Below, piece by piece: positions 38,201-51,800 of a stretch of DNA of 64,000 bases. The translations under genes and the position numbers were made by a program. The stretch lies in the NCBI GenBank assembly GCA_964016885.1, contig OZ024759.1, positions 12,524,001 through 12,588,000 of the forward strand, given 5' to 3'. The stretch is from Eledone cirrhosa (lineage: Eukaryota). The notes beneath the pieces were generated by a model that worked only from the letters and a program-made list of their open reading frames with translations, was not told the origin of the DNA and did no database searches. Numbering within the stretch: the stretch's first letter is position 1; each line of letters opens with the position of its first letter.

Positions 38201-38715
38201 CGGCTGATTAACCCCTTAAGGCTGTTACACCCCCCTCTATCGGGACATGCCCCTACATAGTCCCAACGTGCATCTAGGATACCATTCCAGTCCCCCACTA
38301 AAAGCAAGGAGCGGGACGTCCCTAGAAAAGTCTCCAGACGATGGAAGAAGTCCGACCGCATTGCCCCAAAAGGGGCGTATACTGCGACAAGCCTAAAAGC
38401 TTCGCCTTCGCCATTGCCAAGGTCCAGAACCATGAGTCGACCCTCCGGGTCCAAGTGTACCGTCTGTGTAGCGAGACCCAGATGTTTTTGCAGCAGAACG
38501 ACAACCCCACCCCCAACTCCAGGCTGACAGAGAGATGCGTGCTGCATCTCAAAGTCATCAAAGGTGGGGGTTAGCTGTCGCATGCTGCTGATCCGGGCCT
38601 CGCAAATAACCATCACATTTACACATTGTGACCTGAGGTCACTTAGAAGTTTAGCTTGCTTCCAAGGTGAGCCCAGGCCACGCGCATTTAGACAACCTAC
38701 TCTTAAGACAGCCAT
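35276..38715 (-). pseudogene. ORF2: APE endonuclease + reverse transcriptase + C-terminal zinc knuckle, one frameshift at about 38187
   Basis: NARG, GDWN, YLDRFL, SDH (APE); KSPGLDGL, FRPITLLN, KAFDRV, RQGCPLS, YADD (RT); CPRC..ETVAHALVHC. Confidence 0.92.
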
Positions 38716-38738
38716 GTTGGTGGCAAAGAAAGAGGCAC

Positions 38739-40858
38739 TTACCTCTCTGCGTCCCGGGGTTCGGGTCGCTCAGTTTCCATGGGGCTGGTGGCGGGGTTGA
38801 TGGGTGGGGTGGTGGTTTGTGGTGGTGTGGGGGTATTGGTGTGTGGAGGGGTTGGGATCTTTGGAGTTGTGTGGGTGTTTGAGGAGGGGAGGGGAAAACC
38901 TTTCAGGAGGACGCGGTTGAGTGGCCTGGTGCAGGGTGGGCCCACGTCCTCAGGGTACATGTCTTTTAAAGTTTTAAAAATGTCAAGTGGGATTTTCACC
39001 ATTTTCAGGTTAGGGAGCCCCATTGCCGTTACGAAATTCGGCCCTTCGGTTTGTATCGAAGGGTTGGTTTCTATTTTAAAAGTTAGGTTTTCATTGTTTT
39101 TGTTTATGTATGTTCACGCAGTAATACAGGGTACCCGACCTCCCATGGGTACATGCTGAAGCATATAAACAATATGCCCCCCCCCCCCCCCCCCCCACCG
39201 CAAGGTGGTCGTGGAGGTGCCACGGCAAAAAAGCACCCAGCCCACACTGTAAAGTGGACGTGTAGGCGCCACGAAAAAGCACCCAGCACTCACTGTAAAT
39301 GAGGTTGGTGTTAGGAAGGGCATCCAGCTGTAGAAATCAAGCCAGATCAGTTCCTGTATGAGCAAGGCATGGTCAGCCGACCAGACACTGCCCACAACAG
39401 GACAACCCGTCTAACCCATGCTAGCGTGGAAGAACGGACGTAAAACGGTGATGATGATGATGATGATGTGTAGAGTTTTTGTGTTGTTGTGTTTGTTTTT
39501 GCTTGTTGTTGTTGAGTGAGTTTGCGTTTTATTGTCTGTGTTGTGTTGTCAGGTGGGGTTATTTTTGTTTGTGTGGTGTGTGTACGTTTTTTTCTTTTTA
39601 CTTTTTGGAAGGGAGCCCCCTCGTCTTCCGACGATATGAGCTCCTCTTCCGTATTGGAGGGGAGGGGTATATCTCCGGGTTGTGTATGAACTGTTTTTGT
39701 ATTTGTGTTCTGTGGGGTGGGGCTGGGTGGGACCGTGTTTTGGGTTGTTTTCTTGAGCTGTTGTTGATGTTGTTGTTGTTGTTGTTGTTGTGGTGGTGGT
39801 GGTGTTGTTGGTTTTTGTTGTTCTGGTGGTGATGGTAGTGTATTTTGTTGTTTTTGTGATGGTGGTGCTGGTTGTTTTTGTTGTTGTTGTGGTGTTTGTA
39901 GCAGTGGTTTTTTTGTTGTTAGTAGAGGGCAGGCCGTCCTCAGGTGACCTCTGCCAGCGCAGTGGTAACATGAGGGTCTCCTGCCTTCCACTGTGATATT
40001 TATGTAGGTTCGCCCATCCAGTAGCACTCGGTCGGGTATTCCGGAGATTCTCTCAGGTGTCATCTGTAAGAGAACCTCCAGACTTTTCCCCCCGAACAGT
40101 CCACTGGTGGACTCCCCTGCTGAAATGAGTATGTCCTTATCTAGGTCGGTAAATCCTGTTAGGACGGACCAGATGTTAATTTCTGGCGTAGGGCTCCACA
40201 TTCTTATCCTTTGTGTTCTTCTTCCTTTATATGTGGGGAAGAAGGTGTATTGTGGTGACACTATAGGTGCCACCGAATATTTCTGAGCCAGCATTTCGTC
40301 CTTCATTCGGACCATAATGCTGGCATACAGCTTTCCTCTTTGAATAAAGAGTATGTCATTTTTAATTTCTTTCAGAACCAGCTCGATTTGACTTTCGGTC
40401 AATTGCGCTGGCTTTCTCGTTTCGTTGGTTATGGTTCTGTAAGTTACGGTATTCTTGTAAATCTGTTGACGCACTTCTTCTGGGGAGTTGATCGTAAAAG
40501 AACCATCCTCCCCAAAAGATACGTATTTTCTAGCCTCTAGCAAATTTTCCTTGGCGTTCGTGATGTCAATGGCTTTGTATTCCGTGGCTTTCCTGAGTGT
40601 TTGGGCAAAAGAAATTTTGTCTTTGTTTGTTGTTGTAATGTTGTTGGTTTCCTTATTTGTGGTGTTATTTTTTTCTTGAAAATTAATTTTTTCATTTGAA
40701 TTGAAATTCTTTTTTTTTTCATTGGAGAGGAGGGGCTGTTCAACAGTTTGAACTGTTGTTCCCTCTTTCCCGCTTGTTTTTTTGGTCGGCGTGGCGTTCG
40801 CTTCCAATATGGCGATATCGTTTTCGACGATATCGTTATCAACGATATCGATAAACAT
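38739..40858 (-). pseudogene. ORF1 gag-like protein, interrupted by an RTE fragment
   Basis: CX2CX4HX4C knuckle CYHCAGRGHLRTAC; reading resumes after the insert as YINKNNENL...PEPRDAER*. Confidence 0.85.
39113..39467 (+). mobile_element. RTE 3' fragment nested in Tx1 ORF1
   Basis: Nearly identical to 16402-16750; (GAT)n tail. Confidence 0.88.
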
Positions 40859-41178
40859 TTCTGAAATATATAATTTTTCACCCCAAAAGGGGTGAAAATA
40901 TATTTACCCGACGTCTAGAGTCCCAGACTAGGGGTTAGAGTTAATAATACAAAAGAATTCAAAAAAATTCACTCACAAATATAGCAGGTAAAAATCCAAA
41001 TCACAGAGCGATATGAAACACGTCTACTATCCTCAGACAGACACACAGACAGACAGACAGATAGACTTACAGACTGACAGACAGACTTACAGACTGACAG
41101 ACAGACTTACACAGAAATAAGAGAGAAAAATAGAAATAACATACATGCATATATACATACGTATACATATACTTGCTT

Positions 41179-41228
<50 letters not shown>

Positions 41229-41247
41229 GCATACATATATATATATA

Positions 41248-42242
41248 CTAGCAGCAGTACCCAGCGTTGCCTGGGTAGGTAAAATAATATCTGCTTTGAT
41301 GAAAAGGTGTTGCTCTTAGTGACTGCTTCTCGATGACTCATCTATGGCCACACACAGGCCATGCGGGGGAGGGTGGTGATGACCTCTATCACTGATGAAT
41401 GCGGGTGACTGACGAAGGGGCATGCTGGGGGAGGGAGCTAATGACCTCTAACACTAAGCCAAATTTCCTCACGCTACTTGATTGAAAACCGATGAATTCT
41501 CAAATACACAACTAAAGACTCAGACGATGCCAGTGGCCATCGTTTTGCCTTTGACCATCTATAAGATGTGCAATGATAGGTTCTTTCGTAGTATAAAAGT
41601 TGAACCAAATAAATTGATTTATATGTGAATTGGATCCGAAGTTTCAAATTTGAACGAAATCAGTTGAAAAATGTGGGAGCTAGAGCTGAAAAGGCGGAAA
41701 TTTGAGCGAAAAGGTGGTAATATTTAAGCGACTGCCATGCCATTCCTGAACAAAAAATCGAAAATGTAAAGCCACTTTAAGACGTGTAATAATCAGACCT
41801 AGCGTAGTGTAAAATTTGAACAAAGTAGGTTGATTAATGTGGAAGCTAGAGCCGAAAAAGTGTAAATTTTAGTCTAAAAGTGGTATTTTTGAATATTTAA
41901 GTGGCTGCCACACCGTTCCTGAACAACAAATGCAAAATATAGGATGTGCAATGATAAATTCTATTTTGCTTTAAAATTTGAACGAAATCGGTGGCAAAAT
42001 GTGGGAGCTAGAGCCAAAAATCTTATTTTTCAATACCTAAAAAAAAGGTGACCCCCCACTATCGATTTTTATCTGCAGAATGACTCCGGAATAAAAAAAA
42101 ATGATACGCTGATATATAGAAAACACTCCCTGATGAGTAATCTATGAGCCTGTAAACTTTCATGAAAATCGGTCGTAAGATGTAGGGCCCCTATAGGTAT
42201 TACACAGACACACACGCATACTTAATTATATATATATACAGA
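41248..42242 (-). mobile_element. Non-autonomous Helitron
   Basis: Minus strand A|TC start and CTAG|T end; subterminal hairpin ACCCAG-GCAACG-CTGGGT; three internal ~175-bp subrepeats. Confidence 0.8.
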
Positions 42243-42244
42243 TA

Positions 42245-42294
<50 letters not shown>

Positions 42295-42423
42295 GATAAT
42301 TCTACCAAAATATACGGTAGTCTCCAATCCGTATGAAGAACTCAATGTAATCCAAATATCATGAAAAGAGAAGATGTATTCAACATTTTTTTGATGAAAA
42401 ACACAGGAAAACAGAGTCATGAT

Positions 42424-42581
42424 GAATTAATAAAAACAATGAATAAAAACAAAGAAACAGTTCCTTATATTAACAAATTCTTATATCCTTATATTAAAAA
42501 TTTTTTTGAATTTTTTAATATAAGAAATTTTTTAATATAAGGAACTGTTTCTTTGTTTTTATTCATTGTTTTTATTAATTT
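42424..42581. repeat. AT-rich palindrome
   Basis: AATTAATAAAAACAATGAATAAAAACAAAGAAACAGTTCCTTATATTAA and its reverse complement. Confidence 0.8.
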
Positions 42582-42601
42582 AATTTATATATATATATAT
42601 A

Positions 42602-42968
42602 TATACGATATTAAACAAATGGAAACTATATTTATAAAACCATATTTATTTCATTATACATATTTCGGGGATACCATATTAAAAATATGGCATGCCTTCG
42701 TCAGATAAAATACAATATATAAACAGTTTTATAAATAATTTTGACGTACCATAAATATGAGTGACCATTATGTAGGAAGCTTCCAAACCAGCTTCCTACA
42801 TAATGGTCACTCATATTTATGGTACGTCAAAATTATTTATAAAACTGTTTATATATTGTATTTTATCTGACGAAGGCATGCCATATTTTAATATGGTATC
42901 CCCGAAATATGTATAATGAAATAAATATAGTTTTATAAATATAGTTTCCATTTATTTACTATCGTATA
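42602..42968. repeat. About 365-bp palindrome with family 2 hammerhead at 42859-42923 (+) and mirror
   Basis: TATTTTAT-CTGACGA-AGG...CCC-GAAA-TATGTA-TA-ATGAAATA. Confidence 0.8.
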
Positions 42969-43054
42969 TCTACTCCAAAAACTTGTCGAGTGCTTTATAT
43001 CGGTTATAAAATATTTACTTGTTGTAACCCAACAATTTTAAATAAAACTTTTGC

Positions 43055-43085
<31 letters not shown>

Positions 43086-43089
43086 CATA

Positions 43090-43127
<38 letters not shown>

Positions 43128-43243
43128 GTGTTTCCGTAGCAAAGGTAAAGGAAAAGAGAGTGCTCTATGTAGGCTACAGAGCTTTTTAGTTATGTAATAA
43201 ACAACATAAGATAATTACCTTATGTTGTTTATCACAAAACTAC

Positions 43244-43317
<74 letters not shown>

Positions 43318-43407
43318 GTTACGTAATTTCAAATGAAAAGCAAAGGAAAAAAGAGTGCTCTATGTATAGAACAGAGCTATTTAATTATCTGACGAAGGAT
43401 CCAGACG

Positions 43408-44442
<1,035 letters not shown>

Positions 44443-44494
44443 AGTAAGTATGTTTTGAAACAGTGAGCAGGTTTGAAATTAGAAAATAGAATAG

Positions 44495-44818
44495 CTTTCA
44501 CCGTATTTTTGACTAAAGGAATTTTAGCCTGATAGTGGGGTTCAGAACCCTCAGATAAATGGAAAAAGATGAGTATTGACGTACAAGGGAGTCGAACCCA
44601 CATCTTTGGTTATCACGACCACTGTGCTACCATTACACCAACACATCACCCATGATGTGTTGGGTGATGTGTTGGTGTAATGGTAGCACAGTGGTCGTGA
44701 TAACCAAAGATGTGGGTTCGACTCCCTTGTACGTCAATACTCATCTTTTTCCATTTATCTGAGGGTTCTAAACCCCATTATCAGGCTAAAATTCCTTTAG
44801 TCAAAAATACGGTGAAAG
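44495..44818. repeat. Palindrome of two head-to-head tRNA-like (SINE head) sequences
   Basis: 44666-44736 folds as a degenerate cloverleaf (TGGTGTAATGG, GGTTCGACTCC); mirrored on minus. Confidence 0.75.
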
Positions 44819-44887
<69 letters not shown>

Positions 44888-44902
44888 TATTTATATATAC
44901 AT

Positions 44903-45168
44903 ATCATCATCATCATTTCATTTTGCGTCCGCTTTTCCCTGGTTGCAAGGTTGGGACGGGAACTGATTCTGGTTTAATTTCTACAGCTGGATGCCCTTCC
45001 TAACACCAACCTCATTTACAGTGAGTGCTGGGTGCTTTTTTGCCGTGGCACCTCCACAACCACTTTACAGTGGAATGATAGGGACCCTAGTCCCTATCAT
45101 CTCATTTCTACAGCTGAGTAAACTGGAGCAATGTGAAATAAAGTGTCTTGCTCAAGGAAACAACACAC
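44903..45168 (-). mobile_element. SINE family A, 5'-truncated
   Basis: Body and tail present, head missing. Confidence 0.8.
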
Positions 45169-45247
<79 letters not shown>

Positions 45248-45848
45248 AGCGAGAAATGAAATTTTGTTTCATTTTTTCCGTTTGTCGTTCTCGGTGCGCC
45301 TGGCTGATTAACTCACTCGATATGCAAATTAGGCTGCTCAGTCGTTAATATGCATAAGGAAAGTATATACTTTCAGATGTTCAATCATCTGGCAGGAAGG
45401 TATACGGTGCTGATGATATCTAATAAGCTTGAAACTAGTACATCGTTCCTTTGCCAGTGTTGAACAAAAGGGCAACGATGGTTGCTAAACACTGTACGGC
45501 TTAATTCGGGATGTTTGTTTACAAACACACCGAGCATTATAATAAATGTTCGGTAAATCCATACGTACATATATATATATATGTGTGCATGTATGTATAT
45601 ATATATATACATACTACTGTACGTCTGTATACATATATGTATGAGCTATACATACTTATATTTAAGTAACAGCCGTACTAAGAGTGAGAAATGAAATATA
45701 TATATATAGTTGTTATATAGTAAGGTGCATTATTGGTTGTGTAAAATGGTCCAATAACTTTATGTTAGCAATATTAAGTTCTCCACGCTTTTGTATATCT
45801 CCAATTCCATTCAAGGGAACAGCTAGATGATGTAAAACGGAGTATAAG

Positions 45849-46198
45849 TATCAAAATGAAAATCCGAAGGCAAGGTAAAATTCCAATCATTTAATCACGA
45901 CACATGTTTCAATAAGAGATAGATCGATTGTGAAGCCATGATCGATTATCACTGATCTCATCAGGTGAAAATGAATTGTCTTCAAATTCTTGATATGAGG
46001 GAGAAAAAATAACGATGTTCTCTCACAGAATATGAGGGAATGAATTCTCTCCCTCATATCAAGAATTTGAAGACAATTCATTTTCACCTGATGAGATCAG
46101 TGATAATCGATCATGGCTTCACAATCGATCTATCTCTTATTGAAACATGTGTCGTGATTAAATGATTGAAATTTTACCTTGCCTTCGGATTTTCATTT

Positions 46199-46203
<5 letters not shown>
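45849..46203. repeat. Palindrome (about 155-bp arms) with hammerhead-like motif at 46084-46157
   Basis: TCAC-CTGATGA-...-GAAA-CATGTG-TC-GTGA; stem II irregular. Confidence 0.7.
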
Positions 46204-46245
<42 letters not shown>

Positions 46246-46247
<2 letters not shown>

Positions 46248-46561
46248 ATAATAATGAAATATTGTGTACAGTGCTCAGGTGCACTACAACTCATCAAAAG
46301 TGTATGTATAGTACATAGGGTAATGTAAAAACGTCAGGAAAATGAACAGTGCATGAGTCATGATATACACATGTGGGCATGTATATGGAAGGGGGACATC
46401 AGGTGTAGTTTTTCGGTGCGTATTTCGGGAAGCATGAGGGTTTTAAAGGATGCAGTGTCTCGACAGCTAACAACTGATGCAGGCAGTTTGTTCCATGCTT
46501 CAGCAACTCTGAGCGTGAAAAAATGTTTCCGAAAGTCATGGGAGCTGTGCTGTTTTCTGAT
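46246..46561 (-). mobile_element. CR1-group LINE 3' end
   Basis: RKHFFTLRVAEAWNKLP motif; (ATT)n tail. Confidence 0.8.
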
Positions 46562-46937
46562 TTTTTTTGATTTTTTTATACATATATATATATATACACA
46601 TATATATATACATACATATATATACATATATATATAAGGCCGTCAGTTGTTGTCACAACACCTTTCTAGGAGAGAGAAACTCTGAAAAAAATCTACGGCT
46701 TCGGAAGCGCCCGATTATGTTTACTAGTTCTCCTTTTCGGGTAGTGTTTTCGATGCTCAAAGAGGGGGATTGGTTGAGTGCAAGGCCTTTCACCACTTAA
46801 AAAAACTTCAAAGCACAGGCATTGCTTGTTCAGGATCTGTTACAGGCTTTTGTGGCTGGCCGTAGCCTAAAAGTACACCATTTTCTGTAATCTGACAAGC
46901 GATTGCAATACTCCTAGCAGAGTTTGCATCCATCATT

Positions 46938-47004
<67 letters not shown>

Positions 47005-47905
47005 ATATATATATGTGTGTGTGTGTGTGTGTATGTGTGTATATATATATGTATATATATATATAGAGAGAGAGAGAAAGAGAGAGATAGATATATACGC
47101 ACACACATACATACATACATACAAACACATACATGCATTTATTAAAATGATAAAGGACAATAATTTTGGGAAGAGGAAATTTGATTAAATCAACCCCAGT
47201 TCATTACTGGTACTTTATTTTATCAACCCCATAATAACAATGGTTTCTGGTTTAGCCAGAAGGCCACTGGTACTTTGTTTTATCGACCCCGTAAGAATGA
47301 AAGATGAAGCTAATCTCGGCTGGATTTGAACAACTGTAGCCCCTATCTCAGGGTAATTCCAGAGACTCACTGAGTTAGAACTAACAAGGAAGGGTTGTAC
47401 TTCTTTAAATACAGCCTCAGTACTTTGTATGGTTGTAGTAGTATTACACACAACACAGTAGTATTAAACACAACACAACACAACACACAACACTACACAC
47501 TCACAACACACTCACAACACAACACACTCACAACACACAACACAACACACTCACAACACAGCACAACACTCAACACAACACACAACACACACATGACACT
47601 CACAACGCAACACAACACACTTACAACACACACACAAAACTACACACAACACACTACACACAACAGAACACTACAAACAACACAACACTACACACTCACA
47701 ACACACAACACAACACACTCACAACACAACACACTCACAACACAACATACTCACAACACACACACACAACACTACACACTCACATGTCAGATTGTATTGT
47801 ACTCAGTACAGCATATCTACTAACTTATTGATCTCATGCCTTTGATTCAGAGCTGTGGATGTATGTATATATTTGTGTATATATGGATGTATATATATAT
47901 ATATA

Positions 47906-48012
<107 letters not shown>

Positions 48013-48049
48013 TTGTGTTTGTGTGTGTCTGTGTTTGTGTATGTTTGTG

Positions 48050-48127
<78 letters not shown>

Positions 48128-48248
48128 ATATACATATGTATGTATGTATATATGTATGTATGTGTATATTTATATATATATATATATATATGTGTATGTA
48201 TATATCATCATCATTTTTTTACGTCCACTTTTCCCTGCTTGCATAGGT

Positions 48249-48302
<54 letters not shown>

Positions 48303-48333
48303 GTGTGTGTGTATGTGTATATGAATATATATA

Positions 48334-48366
<33 letters not shown>

Positions 48367-48436
48367 GTGTGTATATATATATATATAATAAACATTTGTC
48401 GTACTGCCTCTCTGTTCTGTCCCTGTTCAATTTTTC

Positions 48437-48475
<39 letters not shown>

Positions 48476-48490
48476 ATATATATATATATC

Positions 48491-48549
<59 letters not shown>

Positions 48550-48564
48550 TATATATATACACAC

Positions 48565-48623
<59 letters not shown>

Positions 48624-48867
48624 CACACACATACATACATATATATGTATATTATATAAGTATGCAGATGTAGGTATAGAAATGTCCATTGAAGTGACTG
48701 TTGGAGAGGAGGTATGACTACATCTGGATACAACAGGAATAGATCAAAGTCGTTAATGCACCGATTCCATAGCAATTGCATCAAATCCTCTTTACTGCAG
48801 CTAAACTATTCCTAGCCAGAGAGAGAGATATATAATGGTAACACTACCAATATAGTACCATTGGTAG

Positions 48868-51800
48868 AATATACCAATATACTATACTACTGTTGTAGCT
48901 AGTACTACAAGCTAAAGATATAGAATATACCAATATACTATACTACTGTTGTAGGTAGTACTACAAGCTAAAGATATAGAATATACCAATATACTATACT
49001 ACTGTTGTAGCTAGTACTACAAGCTAAAGATATAGAATATACCAATATACTATACTACTGTTGTAGCTAGTACTACAAGCTAAAGATATAGAATATACCA
49101 ATATACTATACTACTGTTGTAGCTAGTACTACAAGCTAAAGATATAGAATATACCAATATACTATACTACTGTTGTAGCTAGTACTACAAGCTAAAGATA
49201 TAGAATATACCAATATACTATACTACTGTTGTAGGTAGTACTACAAGCTAAAGATATAGAATATACCAATATACTATACTACTGTTGTAGGTAGTACTAC
49301 AAGCTAAAGATATAGAATATACCAATATACTATACTACTGCTGTAGGTAGAACTACAAGCTAAAGATATAGAATATACCAATATACTATACTACTGTTGT
49401 AGGTAGAACTACAAGCTAAAGATATAGAATATACCAATATACTATACTACTGTTGTAGGTAGTACTACAAGCTAAAGATATAGAATATACCAATATACTA
49501 TACTACTGTTGTAGGTAGTACTACAAGCTAAAGATATAGAATATACCAATATACTATACTACTGTTGTAGGTAGAACTACAAGCTAAAGATATAGAATAT
49601 ACCAATATACTATACTACTGTTGTAGGTAGTACTACAAGCTAGTATATATAATATAACATACCAATATACTATACTATTGTTGTAGGTAGTAATACAAGC
49701 TAGTATATATATAACATACCAATATACTATACTACTGTTGTAGGTAGTACTACAAGCTAGTATATATATAACATACCAATATACTATACAACTGTTGTAG
49801 GTAGTCATACAAGCTAGTATATATATATATAACATACCAATATACTATACTACTGTTGTAGGTAGTACTACAAGCTAGAGATATATAACATACCAATATA
49901 CTATACTACTGTTGTAGGTAGTACTACAAGCTAGTATATATATATAACATACCAATATACTATACTACTGTTGTAGTTAGTACTACAAGCTAGTATATAT
50001 ATAACATACCAATATACTATACTACTGTTGTAGGTAGTACTACAAGCTAGTATATATATAACATACCAATATACTATACTACTGTTGTAGGTAGTACTAC
50101 AAGCTAGTATATATATATATAACATACCAATATACTATACTACTGCTGTAGGTAGTACTACAAGCTAGTATATATATAACATACCAATATACTATACTAC
50201 TGTTGTAGTTAGTACTACAAGCTAGTATATATATAACATACCAATATACTATACTATTGTTGTAGGTAGTACTACAAGCTAGTATATATATAACATACCA
50301 ATATACTATTCTACTGTTGTAGTTAGTACTACAAGCTAGTATATATATAACATACCAATATACTATACTACTGTTGTAGTTAGTACTACAAGCTAGTATA
50401 TATATAACATACCAATATACTATACTACTGTTGTAGGTAGTACTACAAGCTAGTATATATATAACATACCAATATACTATACTACTGTTGTAGGTAGTAC
50501 TACAAGCTAGTATATATAACATACCAATATACTATACTACTGTTGTAGGTAGTACTACAAGCTAGTATATATATAACATACCAATATACTATACTACTGT
50601 TGTAGGTAGTACTACAAGCTAGTATATATATATATAACATACCAATATACTATACTACTGCTGTAGGTAGTACTACAAGCTAGTATATATATAACATACC
50701 AATATACTATACTACTGTTGTAGGTAGTACTACAAGCTAGTATATATAATATACCAATATACTATACTACTGTTGTAGGTAGTACTACAAGCTAGTATAT
50801 ATATATAACATACCAATATACTATACTACTGTTGTAGGTAGTACTACAAGCTAGTATATATAATATACCAATATACTATACTACTGTTGTAGGTAGTACT
50901 ACAAGCTAGTATATATATAACATACCAATATACTATACTACTGTTGTAGGTAGTACTACAAGCTAGTATATATATAACATACCAATATACTATACTACTG
51001 TTGTAGGTAGTACTACAAGCTAGTATATATATAACATACCAATATACTATACTACTGCTGTAGGTAGTACTACAAGCTAGTATATATAATATACCAATAT
51101 ACTATACTACTGTTGTAGGTAGTACTACAAGCTAGTATATATAATATACCAATATACTATGCTACTGTTGTAGGTAGTACTACAAGCTAGTATATATAAC
51201 ATACCAATATACTATACTACTGTTGTAAGTAGTACTACAAGCTAGTATATATATAACATACCAATATACTATACTACTGTTGTAGGTAGTACTACAAGCT
51301 AGTATATATAACATACCAATATACTATACTACTGTTGTAGGTAGTACTACAAGCTAGTATATATATAACATACCAATATACTATACTACTGTTGTAGGTA
51401 GTACTACAAGCTAGTATATATATATATAACATACCAATATACTATACTACTGTTGTAGGTAGTACTACAAGCTAGTATATATAACATACCAATATACTAT
51501 ACTACTGTTGTAGGTAGTACTACAAGCTAGTATATATAACATACCAATATACTATACTACTGTTGTAAGTAGTACTACAAGCTAGTATATATATAACATA
51601 CCAATATACTATACTACTGTTGTAGTTAGTACTACAAGCTAGTATATATATAACATACCAATATACTATACTACTGTTGTAGGTAGTACTACAAGCTAGT
51701 ATATATATAACATACCAATATACTATACTACTGTTGTAGGTAGTACTACAAGCTAGTATATATATAACATACCAATATACTATACTACTGTTGTAGGTAG

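Larger units (their letters stand above)
35055..41034 (-). mobile_element. Full-length Tx1/L1-clade non-LTR retrotransposon
   Basis: 5' GAGGATAGTAGACGTG, ORF1, ORF2, 3' UTR ending AATAAACAGAAA; short AGACAGA duplication in GACA-repeat flanks. Confidence 0.92.

Noticed and set aside
44666-44736. Functional tRNA gene
   Set aside because: Multiple G-U pairs and mismatches, G at position 33, and no clear terminator; better treated as a SINE head
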